Shown: piece by piece, positions 36,431 to 50,544 of the stretch
Position numbering within the stretch: the first letter of the stretch is position 1
Layout of the letters: each line of letters begins with the position of its first letter
Source of the DNA: Mobula birostris
Lineage: Eukaryota
NCBI RefSeq assembly: GCF_030028105.1
Contig: NC_092401.1
Span: 7,908,984 to 7,972,983 of the forward strand
Length of the DNA: 64,000 nucleotides
Direction of reading: 5' to 3'
Position numbers and translations under genes: made by a program
Notes under the pieces: generated by a model
What the model saw: only the letters and a program-made list of their open reading frames with translations
Databases searched by the model: none
Told to the model about the DNA's origin: nothing

Positions 36431-36990
36431 ACTGTATGATAGCTGCGTGGTCCCATGGTGTTTTATACTTGCGTACTATTGTTTGCACAGATGAATGTGG
36501 TACCTTCAGGTGTTTGGAAATTGCTCCCAAGGATAAACCAGACTTGACATCATTTTCTGACCTCAATCTGATAGAAAATTTGTGGGCAGAACTGAAAAAG
36601 CGTGTGCGAGCAAGGAGGCCTACAAACCTGACTCAGTTACACCAGTTCTGTCTGGAGAAATGGAACAAAATTCCAGCAACTTACTGTGAGAAGCTTGTGG
36701 AAAGCTACCCAAAACGTTTGACCCAAGTTAAACAATTTAAAGGCAATGCTACCAAATACTAACAAAGTGTATGTTAACTTCTAACACACTGGGAAATTGA
36801 TGAAAGAAATAAAAGCTGAAATAAATCATCCTCTCTACTATTATTCTGACATTTCACATTCTTAAAGTAAAGTAGTGATCCTAACTGACATAAGACAGGG
36901 AATGTTTTCTAGGATTAAGTGTCAGGAATTGTGAAAAACTGAATTTAAATGTATTTGGCTAAGATGTATGTAAATTTCTGACTTCAACTG
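36430..36990 (+). mobile_element. Sleeping Beauty-like Tc1 remnant: inverted N-terminal piece plus C-terminus and right TIR
   Basis: Minus strand KSGLSLGAISKHLKVPHSSVQTIVRKYK; plus strand DLNLIENLWAELKKRVRARRPTNLTQLHQFC; ends tgtatgtaaatttctgacttcaactg|TA. Confidence 0.85.
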
Positions 36991-36999
36991 TATGTGAAG

Positions 37000-38748
37000 A
37001 GCAAGAGGATAAGACGTGAGTGAATAGGACCAATCAAGTGTGACAGTGGAAAAGTGTGAATAGAACTGGAGGAGATGGCACAGGTATTTAGTGAATACTG
37101 AAGCAAAGTATTCATTATAAAGAATGATCTTGGCGATTGTAGGGATAACTTGCAGCGGGCCGAAAAGCTTGAGCATGTAGATATTAAGGAAGAGGATGTG
37201 CTGGAACTTTTGGAAAGCATCAAGTTGGATAAGTCACCAGGACCAGATGGGATGTACTCCAGGCTACTGTGGGAAACGAGGGAGGAGGATGGGAGAGATT
37301 CCGGAGCATTGGAGGGTTGCGAATGTTGTTCCCTTATTCGAGAAAGGGAGTAGGGATAGCCCAGGAAATTATAGACCAGTGAGTCTTACTTCAGCGGTTG
37401 GTAAATTGATGGAGAAGATCCTGAGGGGTAGGATTTCTGAATATTTGGAGAGGCATAATATGATTAGGGATAGTCAGCATGGCTTTGTCAAAGGCAGGTC
37501 GTGCCTTAGGAGCCTGATTGAATTTTTTGAGGATGTGACATTGATGAGGGTAGAGCCATAGATGCAGTGTATATGGATTTCAGCAAGGCATTTGATAAGG
37601 TACCCCATGCAAGGCTTATTGAGAAAGTAAGGAGACATGGGATCCAAGGGGACATTGCTTTGTGGATCCAGAACTGGCTTGCCCACAGAAGGCAAAGAGT
37701 GGTTGTAGACGGGTTATATTCTGCATGGAGGCCGGTGACCAGTGGTGTACCTCAGGGATCTGTTCTGGGACCCCTACTCTTTGTGATTTTTATAAATGAC
37801 CTGAATGAGGAAGTGGAGGGATAGATTAATAAATTTGCTGATGACACAAAGGTTGGGGCTGTTGTGGATAGTGTGGAGGGCTGTCAGAGGTTACAGCAGG
37901 ACATTGATAGGATGGAAAACTGGGCTGAGAAGTGGCAGATGGAGTTCAACCCAGATAAGTGTGAGATGATTCATTTTGTAGGCCAAATATGATGGCAGAA
38001 TATAGCATTAATGGTAAGACTCTTGGCAGTGTGCAGGATCAGAAAGATCCTGGGGTCCAAGTCCATAAGACACTCAAAGCTGCTACGCAGGTTGACTCTG
38101 TGGTTAAGGCGGCATACGGTGCATTGGCCTTCATCAATTGTGGGATTGTGTTTAAGAGCTGAGAGGTTACATTGCAGCTATATAGGACCCTGGTCAGACC
38201 CCACCTGGAATACGGTGCTCAATTCTGGTCGCCTCACTACAGGAAAGACATGGAAACCACAGAAAGGGTGCAGAGGAGATTTACAAGGATATTGCCTGGA
38301 TTGGGGAGCATGCCTTATGAGAATAGGTTGAGTGAACTCAGCCTCTTCTCCTTGGAGCGACGGAGGATGAGAGGTGACCTGATAGAGGTGTACAAGATAA
38401 TGAAAGGCATTGATCGTGTGGATAGTTAGAGGCTTTTTCCCGAGGGCTGAAATGGCTAGCACAAGGGGGCATAGTTCTAAGGTGCTTGGAAGTAGGTACA
38501 TAGGAGATGTCAGGCGTAAGTTTTTTTTTAAAAAAAACACAGAGTGGTGAGTGCGTGGAATGGGCAGCTAGCAGTGGTGGTGGAGGCGGAAACGTCAGGG
38601 TCTTTTAAGAGTCTCCTGGATGGACACATGGAGCTTAGAAAAATAGAGGGCTATGGGAAAGCTTAGGTAGTTCTAAGGTAAGGACATGTTTGGTACTGCT
38701 TTGTGGGCTGAAGGGCCTGTATTGTGCTGTAGGTTTTCTATGTTTCTA
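37000..38748 (+). mobile_element. CR1 LINE, about 1.75 kb of ORF2 3' part
   Basis: [34 protein letters not shown], (ttctatgt) tail. Confidence 0.95.
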
Positions 38749-38842
38749 TAAGCAGACGCTAATGTGACAATGGCCCCATGCGTCCCCACAGTACTGATGC
38801 ATCAAAATACGAGAGATGATTGATCCAGTCAAACACTCCCAA

Positions 38843-38946
38843 AGCAACACACACACAACGCTGGAGGGACTCAGCAGGTCAGGCAGCATCTATGGAAATG
38901 ACATTTCAGGCCGAGACCCTTCTTCAGCACTGGGAAGGAAGGGGGA
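38843..38946 (-). mobile_element. Penelope-like 3' end fragment (degenerate hammerhead)
   Basis: Reverse complement ctgaagaagggtctcggcctgaaatgtc...gtgtgtgttgc. Confidence 0.7.
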
Positions 38947-39068
38947 AGACTACAGGACACTCCCGTAGTTTGAGAAGTTCTGTATGGAGTGGGAGGAGAG
39001 CTGGTTGTTCATCTGCATTTGAAATAAAGAACTCAACAGCCTTTAGTGTTGATAATCAGATCACTTAC

Positions 39069-39350
39069 ACTGGACAGCGAGAGTGGTGGACTGCCGTTTA
39101 ACAATGGTGTTGGCGTGATGGTGAAGTGTCAGCTCGGCCTCGCAGGTGAACTGCTGTCCATTCAGTTCTGCTGGTGGATTCACAGTGTGGTAGATAGTCA
39201 GCCCAGTACTGGCTGACCTGTTCGCTAATATCTCACTTCCCTTCTTCAGTCTGAGTTGAAGTTCCCCTGAGACGTTAAACACACTGCAGGTAATATTCAC
39301 CGGAATTCCCTCAGTGGTGATCGGGATTTGGATTTCAGGGTTGGAGAAAA
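39069..39350 (-). CDS. ICAM-family gene, exon for Ig domain 4
   Basis: gttgttacAG|TT TTC TCC...GTC CAG T|GTAAGT; 282 bp, phase 1-1. VNITCSV...FTCEAEL; lacks the canonical Trp, as ICAM1 D4 does. Confidence 0.9.
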
Positions 39351-40271
39351 CTGTAACAACAGAAAACATTGTTAGGAACTTTCTCAAAGTGAGTTCTGCA
39401 GCCCTTCTGTACCACTAGACTGAGGTAGCAAATGGAACTCTTTTGAAGTCTGTCTGTGATACAGCACCCACCTACCTCACTGTGTGTCTAGTGGCTAAAG
39501 AAATTGCTGTGGGAATTATCAAAATCCACCCCACCCCCAACAGTTCCCAGCATCATTCACTCTTGACCCAATCTCATCAAAGCAAATGACACATTGGTTC
39601 AGTGCATCTTTGAGTTTGAGCAATCCTGGTAAAGCTGTCATTCACCACAACAGGGTTAGTTTAGCTAGTAACCAGCCAGTGGTTTCTTGGTCATTTCAGA
39701 TAGCACTTTGCTTCAATGCAATGATGAATAACCCACAGAATTAATTCATTGGGTATGAAGTGTGTGAGTGTGTGTGCGCGTGCGTGCGTAGAGAGCGCAC
39801 ACGTGTTATATATACACTGTGCATCTAATTGCAACTTGTAATTTATGTATTGCACCTTGGGTATGAAGTACTTTGGTATATTGTGAGGGTGAGAGCCTGT
39901 GCGGAATATATTTTACTGACAGTGCATGTACGTTGTGAAATTTGTGGCAGCAGTACAGTGCAATACATAAAACTATAAATTGTGAATATATATATATATA
40001 TACACACACACACATACACTCTATATCTAATTGCAACCTATAGATTATTTTATGTATTGTGCTGTACTGCTGCCACAAATCAACAAATGTCACAACACAA
40101 GTCAATAATGATAAACCTGATTCTGATTTAACTTTGCTGCAAACTTCTGTCTCCTTTCTATCTAATGATACGTTTGTTGGCAGCCTTTGATTCCACATTC
40201 AGTTTCTATCTCTGTCAAATTGCCAGTCGCTGCTTCTGCAACACAATTTTATCCTGGTACATCAGATATTG

Positions 40272-40318
40272 ATAGACACACACACACACACACACACATA
40301 CAGATAGATAGATAGATA
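40272..40318. repeat. (CA)n plus (GATA)n microsatellite
   Basis: Read directly. Confidence 0.9.
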
Positions 40319-41057
40319 CCTATATCTTACTGTAATTTATAATTTGTTCTTGTTATCATGCATTGCACTGTACTGCTGCTGCAAAACAATAAATTTCATG
40401 ACATGTGCCAATGGTGTTGAACCAGATTCTGATTAATGGCCAAGCTTCGTCTCATGCTCCATTGAACCTGCTCCATTGATAAACCCACTGGCTAAATAAC
40501 TACATCTGATTCAAAGATTCATTTTATTATCAAAGTATGTATTCAGAACACAACTCTGATATTCGTCTTCTCCAGATAGCCATAACACTCAGAAAAATTG
40601 TGGGAGTTGTTTGAAAAGACATTGACCACCTCACACCCACCCATCCCCTCCCCGCATGAAAAAGGAATAGGAAACTGGCAAACACCCCCAACCCTCCCTT
40701 GCACGAAAAACGAACAGATCGCCCAGATAGAAAACAGCAGCTGAAATATCAAACCCCAAACCTCCCAACCTTTCCCTTCCACAAAAACTAACAGTTCACC
40801 CACATGGAAAACGGCAGCTAGAACAAGCCCCAAACCCCCAACACCCTCCCTCACAAAAAAAAAGGAACAAAACTCCCCCGACTCCCTCCCTTAAAACCTA
40901 TATTCCTTTTTCCCTGTAATTCTATTGATTTCTGTTTCAAATAACGATTGACTGAAAACCTGCTCTGTGATACTGTCTGATTGACTGTCTAGGAGCAGGA
41001 AGGAAACTCTAAAACATTACTGTCTAGTCAAAGTGCTCAATTATCCAGCATACTTAC

Positions 41058-41351
41058 CGTACACGTCAATGGTAATGCTATCATTCTTTGATGAAACTGA
41101 TGGATAGTCCTCAAAATCTGCCATACAGTTGAGTTCAGTCACACCGGTCTCTCGTGGTGTCCATGTAGCTGTTGCCTGGACTGTGGTGGGATTTGATCTA
41201 CTGGCAACTGAATTCCATTCCTCACCATCTTGAAACCATTTTAATCTCACCTTCTCGGCAGGGTAGATGTTTGAGACCTCACACGTCAATGTGGTCTCCT
41301 GATTTACTTCTACAGGGTCTCTGTTGAGAATCCTTGGAGGCTCTGCAAAAG
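41058..41351 (-). CDS. ICAM-family gene, exon for Ig domain 3
   Basis: gtattgcAG|CT TTT GCA GAG...GTG TAC G|GTAAGT; 294 bp, phase 1-1. LTCEVSNIYPAEKVRLKW...LNCMADF. The alternative AG 9 nt downstream would create TAG, so it was excluded. Confidence 0.92.
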
Positions 41352-41635
41352 CTGCAATACACATAAGAAATTCACTGCACATTGGTTTGCCTTGGCCTGT
41401 TTCAGACACTGATAGAATGATGCAAAACTGACCAAACCTCTATAAGCCTCTATACACCACCAGGAGTTCATCAAACCCACATCAGTGTCAACAGATTCCA
41501 TACTATGCTCTTTCTCTGAACTCTTTCTGCTCTTCAGACATCCCAAAAATCTAACTCTTTGCTCCTCCCGTGGGCAGTAATAGAGTAAACTCTCACTGAC
41601 TTATCAAGAGTGTGATCTCAATGAGCAGCTAGTTT

Positions 41636-41900
41636 GGGGTGGCACGGTAGTGTAGTGGTTAGCACAACGCTTTACAGTGCAGGTGATCCATGTTCAATTC
41701 CTGATGCTGCCTGTAAGGAGTTTGTACGTTTTCCTGTGACCGTGTGGGTTTCCTCCCACAGTCCAAAGACGTACTGGTTGGTGGGTGAACTGGTCATTGT
41801 AAATCGCAGTGTGATTAGGATCGGGTTAAAATGGTGGATTGGTAGGCAGTGTGACACGAAGGGTCGGGAGGGCCTATTCTGTGTTGTAGCCTTTGAATCT
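41636..41900 (+). mobile_element. tRNA-derived V-domain SINE (HE1-like)
   Basis: tagtgtagtgg A box, gttcaattcc B box, core motif. Confidence 0.85.
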
Positions 41901-42590
41901 ACTTTGTTCCGCCTGTACTGGCCCAAGAGAATGGCTGATCCCTAAAGAATGGTCATAAAGCTTTTGGCACATTTGCTTTCATAAATCAAAGTATTGCGTA
42001 GAGGAGATGGGACGTTATGTTGAAGTTTCATAAGGCATTGGTGAGGCCTAATTTGGAGTATTGTGTGTAGTTCTGGTCACCTACCTATTGGAAAGATGTA
42101 AATAAGGTTGAAAAAGTACAGATAAAATTTACAAGGATTTTGCCCTGGACTGCAGGATCTGAGTTATAAAGAAAGATCGAATAGGTTTGGACTTAATTCC
42201 TTGGAATCTAGAAGATTGAGAGGAGATTTCATAGAGTCATAAAAAATTATGAGGGGTATAAGGCTAGTAGGGTATTAGGGTAAAGGCTAGTAGGCTTTTC
42301 GCACTGAGGTTGGGTGGGAATACAACTAGAGGTCATGAGTTAAGGGTGAAAGGTGAAAAGTTTAAGGGGAACATGAGGGGAAACTTCTTCATTCAAATGG
42401 CTGTGAGAATGTGGAATGAGCTGCCAGTGCAAGTGGTGCATGTGAGCTCGATTTGAACATTTAAGGCAAGTTAGGATAGGTACCTGGTTGGTAGGGGTAT
42501 GGAGGGCTGTGGTGTTGATGCAGATGGATGGGAGTAGGTCGATTAAATGGTTCAGCACAAACTAGGTGGGCTGTACTTTTCTATGACTCT
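41900..42590 (+). mobile_element. CR1 LINE 3' part
   Basis: gcattggtgaggcctaatttggagtattg...gattgagaggagatttc. Confidence 0.8.
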
Positions 42591-42898
42591 GTCTATTACC
42601 ACCACCTGCACTGACCACCAAGAAGGACACCGGAGTATCAGGTAAGAGTGCAGAATTTGCAGGAGTTTGGAATTGTTTCAGTGATCTTCAGCCAAATAAT
42701 CTCTTCTACTTCCATGGCTCTCTGAAGTTGTAAACTTTGAGTCTCAGTTCAAGACAAAGAAGTTTTGCTGAACAGATAAAACAAGAAATGTGAAAGCCTT
42801 TAAAGCAGGGCCACTCATTGCTTATTTTTGCAAATTCTTAACCAATGTGGGGGGGGGGGGAGTTGGGGGTGGCAGTTCAATTTCAAAATGGAACTCAC

Positions 42899-43210
42899 AG
42901 TAAGTTTTCAGAGTCACAGATGCGTTTGCAATCCATTTGGTCGTGTTAGGGCCTAAGTTCAACTCTGCCAAGCAGGTGTACACCAGTCCATCGTCTGAAA
43001 TACTTGGATTGAAATTAAGGACGTTCTTCAGTGGACCATCATCTGGGTAACCTGGTTCCTCTGTGGAATTACGCTGAACAACCTCACTCCCTCTGAGCCA
43101 GGTGAGTACGAGTTTGTTCTTTGGATAGACCTTCGGGCCAGTACACTCCAGCTGATACGGTTTGTTAACTTGCAGCACGTCAGGAGGTGGAACAATGCTT
43201 AAATTTCGAT
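42899..43210 (-). CDS. ICAM-family gene, exon for Ig domain 2
   Basis: ctcctttaacAG|AT CGA AAT...ACT TAC T|GTGAGT; 312 bp, phase 1-1. LECTGPKVYPKNKLVLTWLRG...YTCLAELNLG resembles ICAM D2. Confidence 0.92.
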
Positions 43211-43271
43211 CTGTTAAAGGAGAATCATGTTAACAAAATTCATGCAAATTACAAATCTAGATTATGCTTGT

Positions 43272-43945
43272 GTCAAACACAAGAAAATCTGTAGAGGCTG
43301 GAAATTTGCAGTAACACACACAAAATGCTGGAGGAACTCAGCTGGCCAGACAGCATCTAAGGAAAAGAGTAAACAGTCGATGCTTTGAGTGGAGACCCTT
43401 CATCAGGTTTGGTAAAAGAAGGGGAGAAGTCAGAACAAGAAGGTGGGAGGAGGGGAGGAAGAATTACAAGGTGGTAAGTGAAAGGGGAAACTGGGAGGGG
43501 GAGGGGGTGAAGTGAAGAGCAAGGAAATTGATTGGTGAAAGAGATACAGTAAAGGGCTGGGGAAGATGGAATTTGATAGTAGAGGATCAAAGACCACAGA
43601 AGAAAGGGAAGGGGGAGTAGCACCACAGGGAGGTGATGGGCAGGTAGGGAGATGAGGTGAGACGGGGAGCAGGAATGGGGAACGGTGAAGGAGAGGAGGG
43701 GTACAATTCAATGTTCATGCCATCAGGTTGGAAGTTACACAGACAGAATATTTGTTTCCTTCTCTCACCTGATCTCCTTGCCTGTCCAGTTTCACCCATC
43801 ACCTGCCACCTTGTACTTTCTTCTTCCCTCCCCCAACTTCTCCCCTTCCTTCTCAGTCCTGAAGAAGGGTCTCAGCCCAAAATGTTGACTGTTTACTCTT
43901 TCCACAGGTGCTGCCTGGCCTGCTGAACTCCTCCAGCAATGTTGT
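43272..43945. mobile_element. Two Penelope-like 3' ends in inverted orientation
   Basis: Minus copy ~43272-43720 and plus copy ~43750-43945; both carry degenerate ctgaNgaagggtctc motifs. Confidence 0.75.
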
Positions 43946-44029
43946 ACTTGTCCCACCTTTCATTCCATTCACTGTCATTTCAGGTGACTTCAGAACTTTG
44001 AAATACTCTTTAATATTAAGTCTACCTTC

Positions 44030-45115
44030 ATTAAAAAAATTCTTCAAACTTTAATGAATGTCACTAACAAGTGGTGCTCAAGTATAAAGTTATTTTACCA
44101 TACACATGTACACCACCAAACAAACCAACATCCTTCTGGAGCAAGGTGCACAACACAGTACACATACAGTAAACTCACACACAACACAAAGTAATATTAC
44201 CACAAATAACGAGGTGCATTACAACACAAGTTAAAACATAAACAGTATAATGCTACTGGTGCTTCAAACCTGATGAGGCCTGGGTGGTGCCAGGGAGTTC
44301 AGTAATCTTACAGCCTGGGGGAAGAAGCTCTCTCCCATCCTAACAATACCTGTTTTGATACTACAGTAACCCGTGTCTGATAGTAGGGGTCAAAGAGACT
44401 GTTGGACGGATGGCAGAGATTATTGACAATGGTAAGGGCCCTGCATACCCAGCACTCCTGATAAATATCTCTAATGGGTGGAAGAGAGACCCCAATAATC
44501 CTTTCAGCAGTCCTTACAATCCTTTGTACAGACTTATGGTCAGGTGCCTTGCAATTCCTGTACCAGATAGATATGCAGCTGGTCAGGACACTCTCAATAG
44601 TGTTCCTGTAAAAATTGTTGGCATGGAGTGGTGGGACAGGGTGGGGGTGTGGGAAATGGAAAGCCTAGTTTGCCCCAATCTCCTCAGGAAATGGAGATGC
44701 TGCTGTACTTTCTTGTCCAAAGAAGTGGTGTCGAGGGACCATTATGTTCACTCCCAGAAACTCGGAGCTCCTAACTCTATCCACTGAGGAGCCATTTATG
44801 TGCAGTGAGGAATAGTCAGCCTTCAGTTTCCTAGTGTCTGCAATCATCTCTCTAGTCTCGTTCACACTGGGACTCAAGTTGTGCTCGCACCATTCTACCT
44901 GCCACTCTACATCCTCTCTGTATGACGTCTCATCATCGTTGTTCATGAGGCCAGCCGCTGTTGTGTCATCAGCAAACTTGATGATTCGGTTTGCACTCAA
45001 CCTGGCAGTGTAGTCATGCGTCAGCAGCGTGAATAGCAGCGGGCTGAGCGCGCAGCCCCGGGGGATAACCAGTGCTCAGCGTGACGAGCTACAATTGTTG
45101 CTGCCAACATAGACA
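44030..45115 (-). mobile_element. Rex1/Babar-type LINE 3' part
   Basis: ORF 44665-45000 IIKFADDTTAAGL. Confidence 0.85.
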
Positions 45116-45393
45116 GCAATTTATTCAGTCACAGAACATTCACCTCTGGCATATCCATATCTCTGAATTCGGTAAGCCGGTGACGACACTGGTGTGCCTA
45201 GTCACTTAAAGGCTTAGCAAACAAACTGCTTTCCTCCAAAGACATTAGCAAACCAATCAACAATTCAACTGCTCCATGGGGCAAGTCAAGTCTATTGTCA
45301 TTAACTATATTCCTATATATATAGTTAAATGAGACAATGTTTCTTCAAACCAGGGCATAAGCACAATAGTACACATAACACACTTATTTCTGG

Positions 45394-46248
<855 letters not shown>

Positions 46249-46379
46249 TATGTACTTAACACTAAAAATCATTACATACTACTAACATAATGACAATATG
46301 ATGTGTGCAGGGTAACTAGAGCAACACAGCAGCATCAGCAGAATACCTGAATCAGCTGTTGAATAAAATCAAACAACGA

Positions 46380-47020
46380 CAGGCTTTCGGTCTCCACCCA
46401 TGGTGCCGTGGTTTCATGAAAAAGTTACAGTAAACTGTATTTGTATTGTACCTGTTTCAGGTTTTATGTAAGATATATATATTAAAGAAAATCACCATTT
46501 CAAACTTGTTCTGATGTTCGATTTTTATCAGTGACCATCTTGGCAAACTTAACAACTAATTTCTCTGCTGCTTCATGATCAGCAGATGTTTACCTTTAAA
46601 ATTTTTAAATCTTTAAAAATTTAATGTTTTGCTTTTCAGAAATTTCTGTAATTGCCCAGCATATTCAGAAATCCCTTCAATTTTCAGTTTGTCATGATAG
46701 ATCTTTGCTTGTTTCATGATCAGCATACCGTCAAGCGGCACATGTTCACTGCCACTAATGAATCCACTCTTTCAAGATGATTGAGAGCTTAATTTTTCAC
46801 TTTATGCAGTGTTTTTCCATTCTTCGTTAACTCTGTTCATTACATATGAGGTCACCCTCAGAACTCCCTGTGAAACACAGACCTGTGTATTGCTTGGGAA
46901 CTTTCACAGCAACTTGTGGAATTTTCCATTTGTGGTGTCATGTCAGCATTCAAAAAAAGATAAATTTGGATTTCGGAGGTTTTCAGATTTGGGTATTTTG
47001 GATAAGGGGTAATCAAGTTG
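46380..47020 (-). mobile_element. Tigger/pogo (CENP-B type) transposon remnant
   Basis: Antisense LKEWIH...VPLDGMLIMKQAKIYH; MER2/Tigger-like terminus before TA. Confidence 0.7.
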
Positions 47021-49208
47021 TATTGACTTCTACTTTATCTATTTTTAGTTCCCTTGCAAATAACAACTTTTGTACCATTGCCTGGGAGAACTGACTCATC
47101 CAAATGCAGAGCAAATTATTTTGTTCTAACTAATGTGTCTTCGACATTCTCAGACGTTTCATCTCTTCAGCTTTGAACAGAGTTGTCACTGAGAAGAATC
47201 ACTTTAATTATTTGGTCTGGAGACTTGTACGAAACTGTACTCAGAACCTTCCTTACTGCTGGCAGAATCAGTTCTTCTCCAATTGTATTGGGCTTTCCAG
47301 ATTTAACAATCAGCTAAGAAATATTGTATGAAGATCAGAAACCATCACCGTTTTGTTGAGGAGTGCTAGCAAACATGTTTTGAAGTGTTTTCCATTTCTG
47401 AAAGTCTTCACAAAATGACTGAAAATAAGCCAAGTGCTTGTTTGCTTTATCAAATGTCCAAGGAGCCTGGACAGTTCCATTTCTTCATTTGAAAACAAAG
47501 GCTTTTTTCACACTACAGACACATTGGCTGCTATTGGTTGCTTGGTGCTGGTACAAATCCACATTTCGCATACTCCACATTATGCTGTGCACACTTCTTT
47601 TTCATTTGATCTGTATCTGCCATTTTTGATATGGATTAACTATGGTCAATCACCTATTGTTTAAATCCAACCTCAAATACAGTGATCAATAAATGGGAAA
47701 GTTATAACGTCATCTTAGCTCAGGCAAAACCTGACCCTCTGCCTGAACGTACATAAAGCAGGGCAGTGATATCTCTGTTGGGCCGTGGACTGGAGAAATG
47801 CACTCAAGACCATTTGAAAGGGCAGATTCTGAACTTTACCATATCGAACGCTGGAACTGCATCACTGCATGGTTAGATTACAGAAATTGTACTAGCTAAC
47901 ACTGTACTACAATAGTGAACAGCAATAATGTGTGGGCCAGGCCTGGAATAACTATTTCTTCAGTCCAGATTTCTCCTGATATGCCAAATAGAGAAGTATC
48001 ACATTGCTTTTCAGCAACTATAACTCTCTTCAAGCAAATTCTAAGAGAATGGTGGGTTAGAAAGAAACAAGGTGATGATGTGATCATTGTAATCAAACAT
48101 GAGGCACTGTGGATTATATCCCTATAATAAGTAATTCATTTCTTAAATCAAGCCTGGAATCCCTTAGGTTTTAAAATATTTTTTGTTTTTGTATTTGCAC
48201 AGTTTGTTGTCTTTCACACATTTGTTGTTTCTCTGCCACATTGGATGTGGCCTTTCATTGATTCCATTGTGTTTCTTGGATTAACTGTGCCCACAAGAAG
48301 GTGAAGCTCAAGGTTGTATGCGGTGACACAATGTATATATACTTTAGTAATAAATTTACTTTGAACTTTGATAACATTAACTACATGAATATATTTACTG
48401 AGGCAAGATGTTTCCCAAAACTGAATTACTAAATCATTTGGCAGACTCAAGAACCTAATCCCCATGTGAGCAAAACATGGTGAAATCTACACAAGTTCAA
48501 TTTGTTCAGAATTTGGAACTAGAATCAAGTAAACTGTAAGCAAAGACTTAAATCCTACATTGTTTAAATATTTTAAAAGGGTGTTAACTGAAAAATAGCA
48601 TTAAATGATTCACTCTGCTGCTCTCCTGCTGAATACAAAGCGGATTCTGAACTTAGATGTTAGATTCTTCACCACTGAGTTTTCCCAAAAGTCTCTGTCC
48701 GTGCCCTTCAGCAGAGTTCGCAGCCCCAGAGTCAATCAGATGTCCCCTATTTTTGATCATTTCCCACCTCTTCTAACTCAGTCAGGTGCGATAATGCAAT
48801 GGAAGCTATCATAGGCTGTTGTGGTTTTTGTCTGCAAACTTCGTGGAAATTTGCCCTGCTAATACGATGAACTGAATACCGAGGCTTTGGGCCTACTCTG
48901 GGGATTTGGATTTAAGAACTCAATTTGGTTCGGAATGCTGTTGTTGCTCACTTCTATTGCTGATATGATTTGTGTTTGTCCTCTTTCTCTATGGGCACTG
49001 GTCTTAATATTTTGTTTAACCTGGGTTCTTTCAGGTCTTTTGCTTTGTGACTGCCTGTTAGCAAACAAATCTCAAGGTTGTATAATTTATATATTCTTTG
49101 ATAATAAATGCACTTTGAATCTGTGACTTTTATAAATTAATTGATGCCTTCCTATGTAATGGGAAATCTTTAATCCAAAGTACACTTAAATTATACAACG
49201 TAATAGAT

Positions 49209-49288
49209 CAGGGGTTCCCAACCTGGGGTCAATGGACCCCTTGCTTAATGGTGTTGGACCATGGCACAAAAAGTGTTGGCAACCCCTG
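49209..49288. mobile_element. 80-bp hAT-type MITE with 8-bp TSD
   Basis: TIRs caggggttcccaac / gttggcaacccctg; TSD TAATAGAT / CAATAGAT. Confidence 0.85.
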
Positions 49289-50106
49289 CAATAGATTTAA
49301 TTTGATGTTACTTTGATTTTAAGCCTCTTTTTAAAAAATGTTAAACAATACAAAATTTTAGCTACAATTTACACAAGTTTAAACACACAAAAATCAGTAC
49401 AATATTTTCATTACAGAATGTCTGCCTGCAGCAGACTTCATTACAAGCTAAAGTCACTGTGGCCTCTTTAACTAATTAATCATTAAAACAAAACTACACA
49501 ATGGCATTGTTAAATTGCTTTTATTGGTTTTTCTTTACATACAACAGAACATCACCACACAGATCATGGGATCCCAACCAGGAAAAAAAAGTCAATTACA
49601 CAGTTACGCCTGTATATTTCAGAATCAGATTTAATATCGCTGGCTTACGTCAAAAAATCTGTTGACTTTGCAGCAACAGTACAAGGCGATACATGATAGA
49701 GGGAAAAAAAATAACTGTGAACCTTCCAGTAAGCTGGTGCGTGTGGTCACAGTGGCATCTATGGGGTCAACAAAAGGTGTTAATGTCATATTTAAACAAA
49801 TTTTTAATGCTTGAAAGATCCTGCTATACATTAAAAATTTAAAGAACAGCCCCTTCAGGTCTACCCCATCAGCGAGTTGCTCGCTGGCAGAGACAATGAA
49901 GGAGCTATGCATCGTGCTGCTCCCCAAGTCGAAGGCAACGAACAGTCTAATAGCGAGCAACTGTCTTGGTTGCTTTTCTTGTGATCGTAAGTCCATTTTG
50001 GATATAGTTAATGTGTTAATAGAGAATGCTGCAAGGTTGATTCACTGATTTATTGGTGGGGAGCAGGGGCGGGTGGCGAGGAAGCTGCATGGCCTCAGTC
50101 GTAGCT

Positions 50107-50475
50107 CGGACTAGGCCTCAAACTACAGTGCCGCCAGTTTACAGCTGCCAGAGGAGAGGCGTCAGAGCCAGTGCACTCCACCAGGGTGGGTGTCCAGGCT
50201 GGAATCGGTGCTGACCACCCCCCCCCCCCACCCCAACCCCGAGTGTTCAAGTAGCAGAAGACAAGCCCTGTTGTCGTCATCTGTACAGCATTCAGTGGAC
50301 TCGGCCTCAAGCTGCAGTGTTTCCTGTTTACAGCTACCAGGAGAGGGACGTCAGAGCCAGTGCACTCTACCAGGGGCATCGTGGCAGAGCATCAGGGCTG
50401 GAATTGGTGCTGCTACCCCTCCCCCACCCCTCGTTCGGCAGAAGACAAGCTCTATTGTAGTTGACTGAAGATTTC
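50107..50475 (+). repeat. Unclassified ~185-bp repeat in tandem dimer (third copy at 53245-53420)
   Basis: ctcggcctcaag...tttacagct(a/g)ccag...gtcagagccagtgca...ggctggaat...gcagaagacaagc read in all three copies. Confidence 0.75.
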
Positions 50476-50544
50476 AATAGACTCAGGGTTTGATTTATAC
50501 ATTTTGCATAGTCGTATTTTACTAATGTCCTTTATGACCATAAA

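Noticed and set aside
48887-49126. Hydrophobic 79-aa ORF as a signal or TM exon
   Set aside because: It is on the wrong strand for the gene and lies in a LINE-tail-like repeat ending aataaatgcactttgaat.
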